This document shows positions 19,378-28,505 of a DNA stretch of 64,000 nt, piece by piece (position 1 is the first letter of the stretch; every line of letters starts with the position of its first letter). The position numbers and the translations under genes were made by a program. The notes below the pieces were generated by a model, which saw only the letters and a program-made list of their open reading frames with translations, ran no database searches and was not told where the DNA came from. This stretch comes from Rhodothermales bacterium (GTDB lineage: Bacteria; Bacteroidota; Rhodothermia; Rhodothermales; Bin80): NCBI GenBank assembly GCA_965262785.1, contig OZ253559.1:2158597-2222596 (forward strand), read 5' to 3'.

Positions 19378-19821
19378 GCCAATAAGAGACAATGGTGCCG
19401 GGTAAGGCGGATTGTAACATTGGAAGTGTACCGGTCCTGGCTTTGTGGATAGGTGGGCGGCTTACACATCAGGCCGCGTGGTATCCGACACACCCGGCAC
19501 CTCAAGGTGATTGTGCCGCACCAAGTCCCGTTGCACCCACTCCCAGTCAGGCTCCGCGCGCGACACCTGCGACGGCTACAACGCCTCCTCCAGGCGCTAG
19601 TCGCCCAGATCCACCGGCAACGGCCGGACACCCCGGCATCGAGCACCCGCCGGACATGCTGCCGACTTGACTGCACTTAACGGGCTCCGACCACCTTTCG
19701 GTGGCCGGCACACCTGTACCGAGGCAACCGACTCTCAATACGGTGGAGACCACCGGGATGACTGATCAACGTCAATACATGATGGGGCCGGCGATAATTA
19801 AAATTGGATTAAGAGAGAGGC

Positions 19822-19865
19822 CGAGCTTCGAGGCGGAGCAGCGAGCTGCGGAGCCTCGAAGCTCG
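19822..19865. repeat. 44-nt imperfect hairpin (13-bp perfect outer stem) 11 nt from the IS1595 insertion site
   Basis: CGAGCTTCGAGGC ... GCCTCGAAGCTCG, with an inner GCAG/CTGC pairing. Confidence 0.5.
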
Positions 19866-19884
19866 AAGTCGAACAGATTGTTTT

Positions 19885-19906
19885 GGGAATTATGTACTAT
19901 AGTTGA
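19885..19906. repeat. Terminal inverted repeat (cargo-distal end) of the IS1595-family transposon
   Basis: Reverse complement of 23225-23246 except for the outermost base. Preceded by the ATTGTTTT target repeat. Confidence 0.9.
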
Positions 19907-19918
19907 TGCCTAGGCAGG

Positions 19919-20080
19919 TTACTTCGCCGCCTTGGGCATCTTCTTGGTGGGGCGCATTAGCGCACGTGCTATCTCCAGCGGGGTCTTGCCACCGTAGCGC
20001 GGGTTTGGGCTGGGGGTGTTACTGATACGGTCGAACTCGGCCTTCAACTCTTCTTGCGTGGCTTCTTGTGGGTCAGACAT
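19919..20080 (-). CDS. Hypothetical 53-aa protein (last gene inside the transposon)
   Basis: ATG at 20080 (MSDPQEATQEELKAEFDRISN...KKMPKAAK). The ORF ends 12 nt inside the IR. I recognise no family. Confidence 0.35.
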   Translation of the reverse strand: MSDPQEATQEELKAEFDRISNTPSPNPRYGGKTPLEIARALMRPTKKMPKAAK

Positions 20081-20157
20081 GATGTGTGATGGTGTGTGGC
20101 CTTGCTGTGCAGAGCGAAATGTACGAAACGCATAGCGCATCTGCTTTACTCATTGCC

Positions 20158-21240
20158 CTACTTCGCTCCCTTCCTTCTGTTGTCATCCCGGCAAAGCATC
20201 TGGCAATTCTCCACCACCGTCGCGCCACCTTTGGCCCACGGCGTGATATGGTCCGCCTCCATTTGCGACAAATCGAACTCATCACCGCACTTTGCGCACT
20301 TGCCGTTCTGACCCTCGTACACGCGCCGTTTCATCGTATCAGTAAACGCCCGAATGTCCAGATGCGATTCTTCGCGTGTGAGAATGTACGCGTAGATGCC
20401 CGACTGCTTTTTTACGTCATCGTCGGTTAGCAAGCGCTGTGTTTCTTCTTCAACGGCTTCACGGTCAACCGGCTTGTCGCGGTGCTCGTCGTAAAGCAAG
20501 CCCCAGTCCACGCCACGCATCAGTCCCGGACGGGTGTTGAAGCACGACTCCGCCCACTCAATCACCTCTCGAAAATGTTCCCACAGTGGCGTTGCGCTGT
20601 CGTCGTGCTGGTGCCTGCCCATGTAGTCTTCGATGTCGCCGCCGCTTATCCACTTGATCGCCGTCTCCAAATAGTCCTGCCGTATCGCCTTGCCTTTTAG
20701 GTGGCCGTTGCCTATCTGATACGCCGCACCGCCCACCCTGCTGAAATACCGCTTGGCGTCCGATATCCACGGACCCGAAAAGACGGCGTTGCGCAACTCC
20801 TGATCCGTCAGCTTCTCCCCGGCGATGTTGACCGTCCTGAACCACTCCAGCTTCTCGCTGTCCTTCCCTGTGCAAGCGTAGACCATCAACTCGTAGTCCA
20901 GTACGCACCTCTTCTTGTCGGCGGGGAGATTGTGATAATACAAGCCGTCAATCGAAAAATCGCCCTCGACGTATTGCGCAATGGATATCGTCCGCTGCTG
21001 GCCGTCGATAACCTCGTACTCGTCGCCGCCCTTATCCGCCCAATACATGACATTCAGAGGAAAGCCCCTGTTGATCGTGCGGATCACGGCGTCCCGCTGC
21101 TTGTCCTTATACACGAACTCGCGCTGAAACGCGGGGCGGATATCCAACCGTCCGCCATAGCCCACAACGCCGCCCTCGCCGTCATCCTGGTAGTCCGCCA
21201 CCAACTTCCTCACTGTGACACTGCGCAACTCGATTTTCAT
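20158..21240 (-). CDS. DUF262 (ParB/GmrSD-N-like) domain protein with a C-terminal HNH nuclease
   Basis: N-terminal RPAFQREFVY ... VIDGQQRTISI (DGQQR motif). C-terminal HNH: KCAKCGDEF...ADHITPWAKGG...NCQMLCRDDNRRKG. Its start overlaps the methyltransferase stop by ATGA. Confidence 0.8.
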   Translation of the reverse strand: MKIELRSVTVRKLVADYQDDGEGGVVGYGGRLDIRPAFQREFVYKDKQRDAVIRTINRGFPLNVMYWADKGGDEYEVIDGQQRTISIAQYVEGDFSIDGLYYHNLPADKKRCVLDYELMVYACTGKDSEKLEWFRTVNIAGEKLTDQELRNAVFSGPWISDAKRYFSRVGGAAYQIGNGHLKGKAIRQDYLETAIKWISGGDIEDYMGRHQHDDSATPLWEHFREVIEWAESCFNTRPGLMRGVDWGLLYDEHRDKPVDREAVEEETQRLLTDDDVKKQSGIYAYILTREESHLDIRAFTDTMKRRVYEGQNGKCAKCGDEFDLSQMEADHITPWAKGGATVVENCQMLCRDDNRRKGAK

Positions 21241-22214
21241 TGACGAGCCTTCTTGTGGCGAATGACGATACGAGCATACAATTCCTTGCCTTTGATTCTA
21301 AACCTGCTCTGCTTACCGGTTAGTTCCTTAACTAATGAGCGATCCATACCAAGCACTTCGAACTGATCGGGATTGTGTTTGTCCAGAAAACTGATTGGCA
21401 CACCCATCGCGCCATCGCAGTCGGACGGGATGTGCGCCGTCTTGTTCACGTTGATCGCGTCATAATTGTCGTATTTCGGGTATTCTTTCGGCGAATACCT
21501 CTTGTACAGCACCAATTCCTCGTGACGCTTTGCGTGGTCAAGATTGGTGAACCAACATGCATTTCCCAATCTGCCCTTAATGACACCATCTACTGCTTTG
21601 TAAGCACTGCCTTCTTTCTTTGTTTTAACCAACTCCCGCGCATAGTCTTCCGGTACGTCAAAAAGCATATCGCGGCCAGCAGGACCGCGACCAAGCCACA
21701 ATTGATTGTCCCTAATCAGCGGGAATATCTCCCGGTATGTTATCGCGTTCATGTTCCCGATCACCAGAAACTTCTTGTCGTGTTCGACCAGTTGCGCGAT
21801 ATACTCCCTGAACAACGAAAACGGTGGGTTCGTAACCACAATGTCGGCTAATTTCAGCAACGCGACGCATTCTTGACTCCGAAAATCGCCATCTCGTTCA
21901 AGTTGAAACACATGCTCATTGTCACCTGCATACTCAACCCCGACAGCCGACTCCGTGTCATGCTGGCTGAACAGATCGGGCCGCTGATTCCTGTAACAGG
22001 TCGTAATCAGCTTCCCGAGTCCGAGCTTGTCGAAGTTCAGGTGGAAGTAGCGGTAAAAATTGCTGATCGTTGGATCGTCGCAGTTGCAGTAGACGACTTT
22101 ACCGGCAAAGTGATGCCTGTAGTACCGTAGCTCCTTCTCAATGTCCGAAAGCTGGGTGTAGAACTCGTCCTGCTTCGCCCGGTTCGCGGCGTGTAGCGAC
22201 CTGTTACCCGACAT
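21237..22214 (-). CDS. N6-adenine DNA methyltransferase, M.EcoRI-like family
   Basis: Collinear with M.EcoRI as I recall it: DEFYTQ, KVVYCNCDDP, DIVVTNPPFSLFREY, DKKFLVIGN, YPKYDNYDAINVNKT, GVPISFLDKHNPDQFE. I take the start as ATG 22214 (MSGNRSL), which overlaps the transposase 3' end by 11 nt. Confidence 0.85.
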   Translation of the reverse strand: MSGNRSLHAANRAKQDEFYTQLSDIEKELRYYRHHFAGKVVYCNCDDPTISNFYRYFHLNFDKLGLGKLITTCYRNQRPDLFSQHDTESAVGVEYAGDNEHVFQLERDGDFRSQECVALLKLADIVVTNPPFSLFREYIAQLVEHDKKFLVIGNMNAITYREIFPLIRDNQLWLGRGPAGRDMLFDVPEDYARELVKTKKEGSAYKAVDGVIKGRLGNACWFTNLDHAKRHEELVLYKRYSPKEYPKYDNYDAINVNKTAHIPSDCDGAMGVPISFLDKHNPDQFEVLGMDRSLVKELTGKQSRFRIKGKELYARIVIRHKKARQ

Positions 22215-23169
22215 GAGCCATAGCCTCCTGCGGGTTCCCCACCAACTCCCGATACAGCACCCGCCGCCCAACCATGCCTGCCACCACGTGCTGCATCTGG
22301 GCCTCCGTATCCATCGGGCGCATATTGTGTTTGCCTGCGAATTGAGCAATGTAGCGATTCAGGTGCTTCTTGCTGATCTGGTGGTAGGTGCCGTGGTACG
22401 CACGCTTCAGCACAGCCCAGAATGATTCTATGCCGTTCGTATGCGCCATACCGTTGACGTATTCCGAAACACTGTGCTTGACCGCCTCATGCTTCACGCC
22501 TGCCATGCCCTTGTAGGCACGAGCTTCGTCCGTGTACACCATTGAGCCTTCGGCTGCGACATCCGCGACAAAGCCTTGCAATGTGGCCGCATCCGTACGA
22601 TCAACGACCTGCGCCATAATTTTGCCCGTAGCACGATCTCTTGCGCCAACTACCGCTGCCTTAGCCACAGGTCCGCGCCCAAGGTTCGCCTTCTTGTGCG
22701 CGTGCTTGTTCTTCTCCAGCCCGCCGAAGTACGCCTCGTCAACCTCTACCGGACCCTTGAAGGCGGCTGCCAACTCTCCCTTCAATGCCTCGCGGATGCG
22801 CTGTAGCATGAACCAAGCTGTTCTTTGCGTTACACCAACATCGCGGTAGAGCTTCATAGAAGCCACGCCCTTAAGGCTGGTACTTTCAAGATAAATCGCC
22901 AACACCCACTTGCGCAAAGGCAAATTGCTGGATTCTATCGCGGTGCCAGTCTTGACCGAGAAATACTTTCGACAATCACTGCAACGGTACGGCATCGTCC
23001 GGTGCTTGCAGCAGTATACTTTGGTACTACCACAACGCAGACAAAACTTCTCTCCGTCCGGCCAAACTACTCCTTCAAACCATTTGCGCGCCGCCGCTTC
23101 ATCCGGTATCATGTCCATCAGTTCGATCAGCGTCATGCCCTCGCGATATGCTTTTCCCGGTTCAGCCAT
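22204..23169 (-). CDS. IS1595-family transposase (N-terminal zinc ribbon plus ISXO2-like DDE domain)
   Basis: CLRCGS...YRCSDCRKYFS zinc ribbon, DEAYFGG, YTDEARAY, NGIESFWAVLKR. 321 aa, as expected for the family. Confidence 0.85.
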   Translation of the reverse strand: MAEPGKAYREGMTLIELMDMIPDEAAARKWFEGVVWPDGEKFCLRCGSTKVYCCKHRTMPYRCSDCRKYFSVKTGTAIESSNLPLRKWVLAIYLESTSLKGVASMKLYRDVGVTQRTAWFMLQRIREALKGELAAAFKGPVEVDEAYFGGLEKNKHAHKKANLGRGPVAKAAVVGARDRATGKIMAQVVDRTDAATLQGFVADVAAEGSMVYTDEARAYKGMAGVKHEAVKHSVSEYVNGMAHTNGIESFWAVLKRAYHGTYHQISKKHLNRYIAQFAGKHNMRPMDTEAQMQHVVAGMVGRRVLYRELVGNPQEAMAHVG

Positions 23170-23224
23170 TCCTCTCGTTTCGTTTATTTGATTACCCTAA
23201 ACGTACGAATTTCCGAGGACAATG

Positions 23225-23246
23225 TCAACTATAGTACATAATTCCG
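23225..23246. repeat. Terminal inverted repeat (transposase-proximal end) of the IS1595-family transposon
   Basis: See 19885-19906. Followed by the ATTGTTTT target repeat. Confidence 0.9.
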
Positions 23247-23511
23247 ATTGTTTTTGGCCCTATTCCGCAGTGCGTGACGGCGGACGTGACAGGTTAATCC
23301 AGTAGGCCGCCCCCGGACGTACAATTGTACGGATAAGGCCGCGAAGTCGCCGCTTGAGGCGCCTTTGTCCGGCCAAGAAGGGCTCTTGCGTCGACATTGG
23401 CACGGATGCCCGAGTGTGCCACGTGTCCCGAACTGACGCCAGGCGCTCACCTCGCGCCTTCCTGTAAGCGCTTGGACCACATCCCAGGGCAGGACCGCGC
23501 ACGCTGCCTAC

Positions 23512-24279
23512 TCAGGGCGCAGGTTCACCCACGGCCTGGGCCTCTTGGCGCCGCTTGGAGGCCTCCAGACGGTAACTCGGCACATTCAGCTCCAGGATCG
23601 CGCTGTGATGTACCAAACGGTCTATGGCCGCGGCCGTCGTCATCGGGTCCTTGAAGATGCGCTCCCACTGGCTGAAGGCCAGATTGCTCGTAAGCAACAC
23701 GCTGCCCCGCTCGTAGCGCTGCGACAGCAGCAGGAACAGCACCTCCATCTCCTGGCGGCTGTGCTGCACGTAACCGATGTCGTCGATAATGAGCGCCTCA
23801 AAGCGCGCGAGCCGCTTCAGGAGCTTGGGCAGGCGCAGCTGCTGTTTGGCCCATAGTAGCTCCTGCACCAGTGTGCTGCAGTTGTAAAAGATCACGCGAC
23901 GCCGCTGAAAGATCAGCTCCCGGCCCAGGGCACACACCAGGTGCGTCTTGCCGCTGCCGGGAGGGCCGAAGGCCAGAACGTTCTCCTTGCGGTCCAGGAA
24001 GCCTCCCTCCAGGAGCACACGCAGGTGGTGATCTATCCGCAGGGGCAACCGGCCACGATCGAACGTGTCCAGCGTCTTCTCCAGCGGCAGCCGAGACGCA
24101 CGCAGCCAACGCTGGATGCGGTTGCTGTGGCGCTCCTGCTGCTCCTATTCCACCAGCCCAGGTTTACCATGCACTTTTTCAAGTCGTTTATGCTCACGGA
24201 CTTACGACCTTGGCAAACGCTCCGAGAAAAGGTACAGTTCTCTGTGCTCCCGCAAACAAGGCGCCGCTGTCTGATTCAT
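23512..24279 (-). pseudogene. istB: IS21-family istB (AAA+ helper) remnant with two in-frame stops and no istA
   Basis: Walker A GPPGSGKTHL, Walker B LIIDDIGY, and a C-terminal IDRLVHH. The upstream continuation is IstB-like but has TAG at 24145-24147 and TAA at 24202-24204. The position where istA should sit is occupied by the decarboxylase gene. Confidence 0.7.
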
Positions 24280-24333
24280 TCCCGCTTCTATAGTCCAAAG
24301 CCTTCATTCGGAATGACCGAAGCACCTGTCCTA

Positions 24334-25848
24334 TTAGTCTTGCCGTTTTGCGCCTTGCACTGCCTCCTTCGGCAGCGCCTCTTCCCCGAAGATCTCGACG
24401 GCCTCCAGTGTCTCACGGACATCGCCCCAAGTCGTGGTGTGGTTGACGATGCACATCCTGAGCGCGAATATCCTGTGCAGCAGCGTCGATGACATGAATG
24501 CGCGGTTTTCCCAGAATATGCGAGCAAGGACGGCCCGGTTGACCTCATCCAGCAACTCCTCGTCCAACCCGTCGCCAATAGAATGGACGCGGAAGCATAC
24601 GATCCCAAGTGACGCGCCACTAAGGAGTTCCAGTATCGGACTAGCGCGGACATAGTTCTCCGCCCGGGCAGAAAGCTCCATCCCCTTCGCTACCGCCCGC
24701 CGGAACGCAGCCAGCCCGAAGGTTTGAACCGACATCCAGACCTTCAGGGCGCGAGCCGAACGGCTCAGTTGCAAGCCTAGATCTGAGAAGTTTGGATGGT
24801 CCTTGCCCCATACTGTGTCTTGAAGAATGTCAGGCCGAATCGCAAAGGCTTTCTTGAGCGTGTTTGTGTCCTTCACTAGGAGACAGCCGGCCTCGTAAGG
24901 CTGGAAAAACCACTTGTGTGCGTCAATCCCGATCGAATCGGCGCGCTCAATGCCGCGCAGCAGTTGCTTGCCGCGTTCGGTCACGGCTGCGAAGCCACCA
25001 TAGGCGGCGTCGACATGCAGCCACAGTCCCTCAGCAGCGCAAAAATCAGCTATCTCATTCAGAGGGTCAATGGTTCCCGTAGAGCTTGTTCCGGCGTTGG
25101 CGGTGACCGATATGGGGGCGAGTCCGGCAGCACGGTCTTGGGCCACGGCATGAGCAAGCTCCTTCATGTCCATACGGAAGCTGGCGTCGCTCGGGATCTT
25201 TCGTATACCGTTGCGCCGTATGCCGGTGATAAGCGCCGCACGGTGGTGCGCGCTGTGACTCTGGTCGCTCATGTAAACGGTGGCGTGCTCGGGGTGACCC
25301 GCCGCTTCCCGCGCCGCAACAAAGGCATTGAGGCTGGCCGCCGAGCCACCGCTCGTAAAAAGCCCACCCGCGCCGTCAGGATATCCGAGCCAGCGTCGAA
25401 ACCAGTCTATCACAACTAATTCCAACTGGCTCGGGCCGCTCGCAACTAGCCAGGTACACTGATTGATGTGGAACCCGGCGGCCATGAAGTCGGCCAGCAC
25501 GCCGGGCCAAGTGGGTGATGAAGGGATGAATCCGATGAAACGTGGGTGATCATTGCGCGCCGTAAGTGGAAGGATTTCCCGCGCGGCCCTTTCCGCAACC
25601 GCGGCAGCTGGTCGGCCTTCCTCGGGCGGGTCCTCGACCAAATCATCTTCGAGAATCTGCCGGAACTCCCCCTCCCAGGCATTCTCGTTAGGCAGGTTCT
25701 TGATCCGCTCTACCACGAGTTGGAGCACCCTCTGGCCGAGCTCGAGCATCTGTGCACGCGGCATGCGCAGGCCATTGGCCTCCTTAGTGCCAACGTGCAC
25801 GTCGCCACTTGGTCCCCCGTGACACAGGCCCTCATCAGACATAGCCAA
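24334..25848 (-). CDS. PLP-dependent group II (aromatic-L-amino-acid type) decarboxylase
   Basis: HVDAAYGG and the PLP-lysine motif DAHKW. About 500 aa, collinear with DDC-type enzymes. Confidence 0.8.
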   Translation of the reverse strand: MAMSDEGLCHGGPSGDVHVGTKEANGLRMPRAQMLELGQRVLQLVVERIKNLPNENAWEGEFRQILEDDLVEDPPEEGRPAAAVAERAAREILPLTARNDHPRFIGFIPSSPTWPGVLADFMAAGFHINQCTWLVASGPSQLELVVIDWFRRWLGYPDGAGGLFTSGGSAASLNAFVAAREAAGHPEHATVYMSDQSHSAHHRAALITGIRRNGIRKIPSDASFRMDMKELAHAVAQDRAAGLAPISVTANAGTSSTGTIDPLNEIADFCAAEGLWLHVDAAYGGFAAVTERGKQLLRGIERADSIGIDAHKWFFQPYEAGCLLVKDTNTLKKAFAIRPDILQDTVWGKDHPNFSDLGLQLSRSARALKVWMSVQTFGLAAFRRAVAKGMELSARAENYVRASPILELLSGASLGIVCFRVHSIGDGLDEELLDEVNRAVLARIFWENRAFMSSTLLHRIFALRMCIVNHTTTWGDVRETLEAVEIFGEEALPKEAVQGAKRQD

Positions 25849-26345
25849 GGCTTTCGATTAAGTTTAGCTGCACGGCCATGCGGCAAGCCGGACGTGCGAT
25901 GACGCCGTGAAAACGAAACAAAAGGCCGGCACCAAGCTGGAGACGGCCACGAGCTGCACGGGGAGCGGCGCATGCGCGACATGCCTACAAGCCCAAGCAA
26001 ATGCTCTCTGTGAAAACCTGAGTGGGTTATGGTGATTCGGATGGTGTGCCAGGTAGGCATGCCAGATGCTCCCCCAACGTACATTCACCTAGACTATTCT
26101 CGACTTGCTAGCTTCTCGGTACAATCGACCCAAGTACACAGCAAAGCCGCGACATAGCAATCATACCACATGAATCAACATGAAGCCACTTCTCATCAAA
26201 CCAATAGCCTCGAGCCGTGAATCAGGACATCCGCAAATCCACGTTTGACCTCACTCTGCACAAGTGAGAGGTGCGGCGCCACCAGAATACAAAGTAGTGG
26301 GGCATTGAGCGTTCCCAGCATACGCTGGCGTCGGCGCATGCGGCC

Positions 26346-27227
26346 TTACGAGCTACGCGTCGCTACCAGGGTGCCGGCGACAATCATGAGGGCACCCAGT
26401 ATGCAAAGACCATTGGGAATCTCTCCCAAGAACATGAATCCCCACTGCGCGGCAAACAGGATCTGCACGTAGCTGACGGACATGGCCCGACTAGCCTTTT
26501 CGAGGTTAAGCGACTTGGTTAGGTAGATCTGCGCGATCTGGGTGAAAACCCCAATGCCGATTAGAAGAAGCCATTCAGTGGGTGTGGGGACAAGCATGCC
26601 CGGAATGACCATCGGTGCGCAAGCCACTACAGACACCAGCGGGAAGTAGAACACCACTACCAGGTGGTGCTCTGTTTCCCGCAGCTTGCGTACCGTTACA
26701 TAGGCACAAGCGCCCAAGACAGCTCCCAGGATACCCACCGCGACAGCGACGATGTCGTGCCCGTGCGAAGCGCCACCAAACAAGAACTCGGGCTGCGCCA
26801 CAAGCGCAACGCCCACAAAGCTTATGACAATGCCTACGATCTCCAAAAGGCGCAGACGTTCTCGCAAAAAGATGGCTGCGAGGACCGCCGTAAACACGGG
26901 CGACATATAAAACAACACGGTGGCTTCTGCCAGTGGTAAGCGCGCCAGTGCCCAGAAAAAACAAAGCAGCGCACCGGTGCCCGCGAGGCCGCGAAAGATC
27001 AGCAGTCCCCTGCGTTGTCCCCAAAGTCCGATTCCTGCCGCTCGCAGCATCCAGTAGCCGATCACTACCCCTACGACGCTGCGTCCCATCACGAGCTCTG
27101 TGGCAGGCAGGCGGCTCCCGGCATACTTAACCAGGAGCGTCATAACGCTGAAAAAGAATGCAGCAAGCACCATGAACTGCAATCCCTTCGGGATCGCACG
27201 AGGGCGTGCCTGGGTACGTGGAGTCAT
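26346..27227 (-). CDS. EamA/DMT-family transporter
   Basis: 293-aa protein with about 10 hydrophobic segments in a duplicated EamA arrangement. Confidence 0.75.
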   Translation of the reverse strand: MTPRTQARPRAIPKGLQFMVLAAFFFSVMTLLVKYAGSRLPATELVMGRSVVGVVIGYWMLRAAGIGLWGQRRGLLIFRGLAGTGALLCFFWALARLPLAEATVLFYMSPVFTAVLAAIFLRERLRLLEIVGIVISFVGVALVAQPEFLFGGASHGHDIVAVAVGILGAVLGACAYVTVRKLRETEHHLVVVFYFPLVSVVACAPMVIPGMLVPTPTEWLLLIGIGVFTQIAQIYLTKSLNLEKASRAMSVSYVQILFAAQWGFMFLGEIPNGLCILGALMIVAGTLVATRSS

Positions 27228-27465
27228 GTGCGGAGGCGGCCTTACAGACTAATCCGCACAGAGGTCTATGGTCTATGCGGTTGCCGCGCTAAAGCTACGC
27301 TGGCTCGTACGAGTCAGCTTACTCAGGATGCACGCGAACTATGCGGATCGTGAGAAATAGCAGCACAGCTGAATGATTCCCAAACACGTATGCCGGGCGT
27401 CTAACGTGAGGTGCCAACGTGCTGGGCAGGGGACGGCCTGCGGCGCTTCCTGGACGGGGCGCCCG

Positions 27466-28464
27466 TCAGGTACTGGCGGCCATGAGCCGCTCAATAAGGT
27501 CGACACGGCTTACGTCGTCGGCCTCCGCATTAAAGTTCTGGATGATCCGGTGTCGCAAAACGGGGATAGCCATGGCACGGACATCGCTGATAAGCGGCGT
27601 CAGCCGGCCATCCAATGTGGCTAGCGCCTTAGCGCCTAGGATGAGATACTGCGACGCACGTGGGCCGGCGCCATAGGAAACGTAGTTGTTGACGAAATCG
27701 GGTGCAGCGTCGCTACCCGGACGTGTCTTGGTTACTAGCGATACAGCGTACTCAATTACATTGTCGGCAACAGGTATCTGGCGCACTAAGGACTGAAACG
27801 TCAGGAGTTCCTGCCGGCTCATGGCCGGGCGCACTTCCGCAGCCTGCGAACTGGTGGTACTTCTTACGATTGCAATCTCCTGTTCGTACGTTGGGTAGTC
27901 AAGCCAGAGGTTGAGCATGAACCGATCCAGCTGAGCCTCCGGCAACGGATACGTGCCTTCCTGTTCAATGGGGTTCTGCGTGGCGAGAACAAAAAACGGC
28001 TCTTCCAACATAAATGTCTGCCCCGCAGTGGTTACGTGGTGCTCCTGCATGGCCTCAAGCAGGGCGGCCTGCGTCTTGGGAGGCGTGCGGTTAACCTCGT
28101 CGGCGAGTACGACATTGGCGAAGATGGGGCCGCGTACGAATCGAAAGCCGCGCCGGCCCGTCGCATGATCTTCTTCGATAATGTCTGTACCGGTGATGTC
28201 ACTGGGCATGAGGTCCGGCGTAAACTGGATCCGGCTAAAATTCAGGTCCAGTGCTTCGGCCAGCGTACGTATCAGAAGTGTCTTTGCCAGTCCAGGTACC
28301 CCTACCAAGAGTGCATGCCCCTGTGCCATGAGGCATACCATTACCTGCGTAATGATGTCGTCCTGACCAATGATGACCTTGGCGATCTCTCCACGCAGAC
28401 GTGCTTGGGCCTCTACCAACTCTTGGACTGTTGAGGGACTTGCGTCAGGCAAGACGAGTGGCAT
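27466..28464 (-). CDS. MoxR-family AAA+ ATPase
   Basis: GVPGLAKT Walker A, ADEVNR Walker B region, TQNPIEQEGTYPLPEAQLDRF. Confidence 0.88.
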   Translation of the reverse strand: MPLVLPDASPSTVQELVEAQARLRGEIAKVIIGQDDIITQVMVCLMAQGHALLVGVPGLAKTLLIRTLAEALDLNFSRIQFTPDLMPSDITGTDIIEEDHATGRRGFRFVRGPIFANVVLADEVNRTPPKTQAALLEAMQEHHVTTAGQTFMLEEPFFVLATQNPIEQEGTYPLPEAQLDRFMLNLWLDYPTYEQEIAIVRSTTSSQAAEVRPAMSRQELLTFQSLVRQIPVADNVIEYAVSLVTKTRPGSDAAPDFVNNYVSYGAGPRASQYLILGAKALATLDGRLTPLISDVRAMAIPVLRHRIIQNFNAEADDVSRVDLIERLMAAST

Positions 28465-28505
28465 AAATCAATAGTTGACGGGTGTCTGTGAAGCGCGCAT
28501 ACTGA

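Larger units (their letters stand above)
19885..23246 (-). mobile_element. Intact IS1595-family transposon (3362 bp) with three passenger genes
   Basis: 22-bp terminal IRs (GGGAATTATGTACTATAGTTGA at 19885-19906; TCAACTATAGTACATAATTCCG at 23225-23246; 21/22 complementary). 8-bp target duplication ATTGTTTT at 19877-19884 and 23247-23254. Four co-oriented genes lie inside. Confidence 0.9.

Noticed and set aside
19392-19680. Pro/Arg-rich ORFs (92, 75 and 110 aa) downstream of the nucleotidyltransferase gene; also a minus-strand fragment ...AEPDWEWVQRDLVRHNHLEV with an R-x4-H that could hint at a HEPN partner
   Set aside because: The long ORFs have non-protein-like composition. The HEPN-like fragment is interrupted by stops, is on the opposite strand to the NTase gene, and the motif is too short to be meaningful.
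23318-23331. Perfect 14-nt palindrome CGTACAATTGTACG between the IS1595 transposon and istB
   Set aside because: It is a single short palindrome with no partner sites or adjacent regulator gene. It may belong to the decayed IS21 end, but nothing in the sequence supports a specific function.
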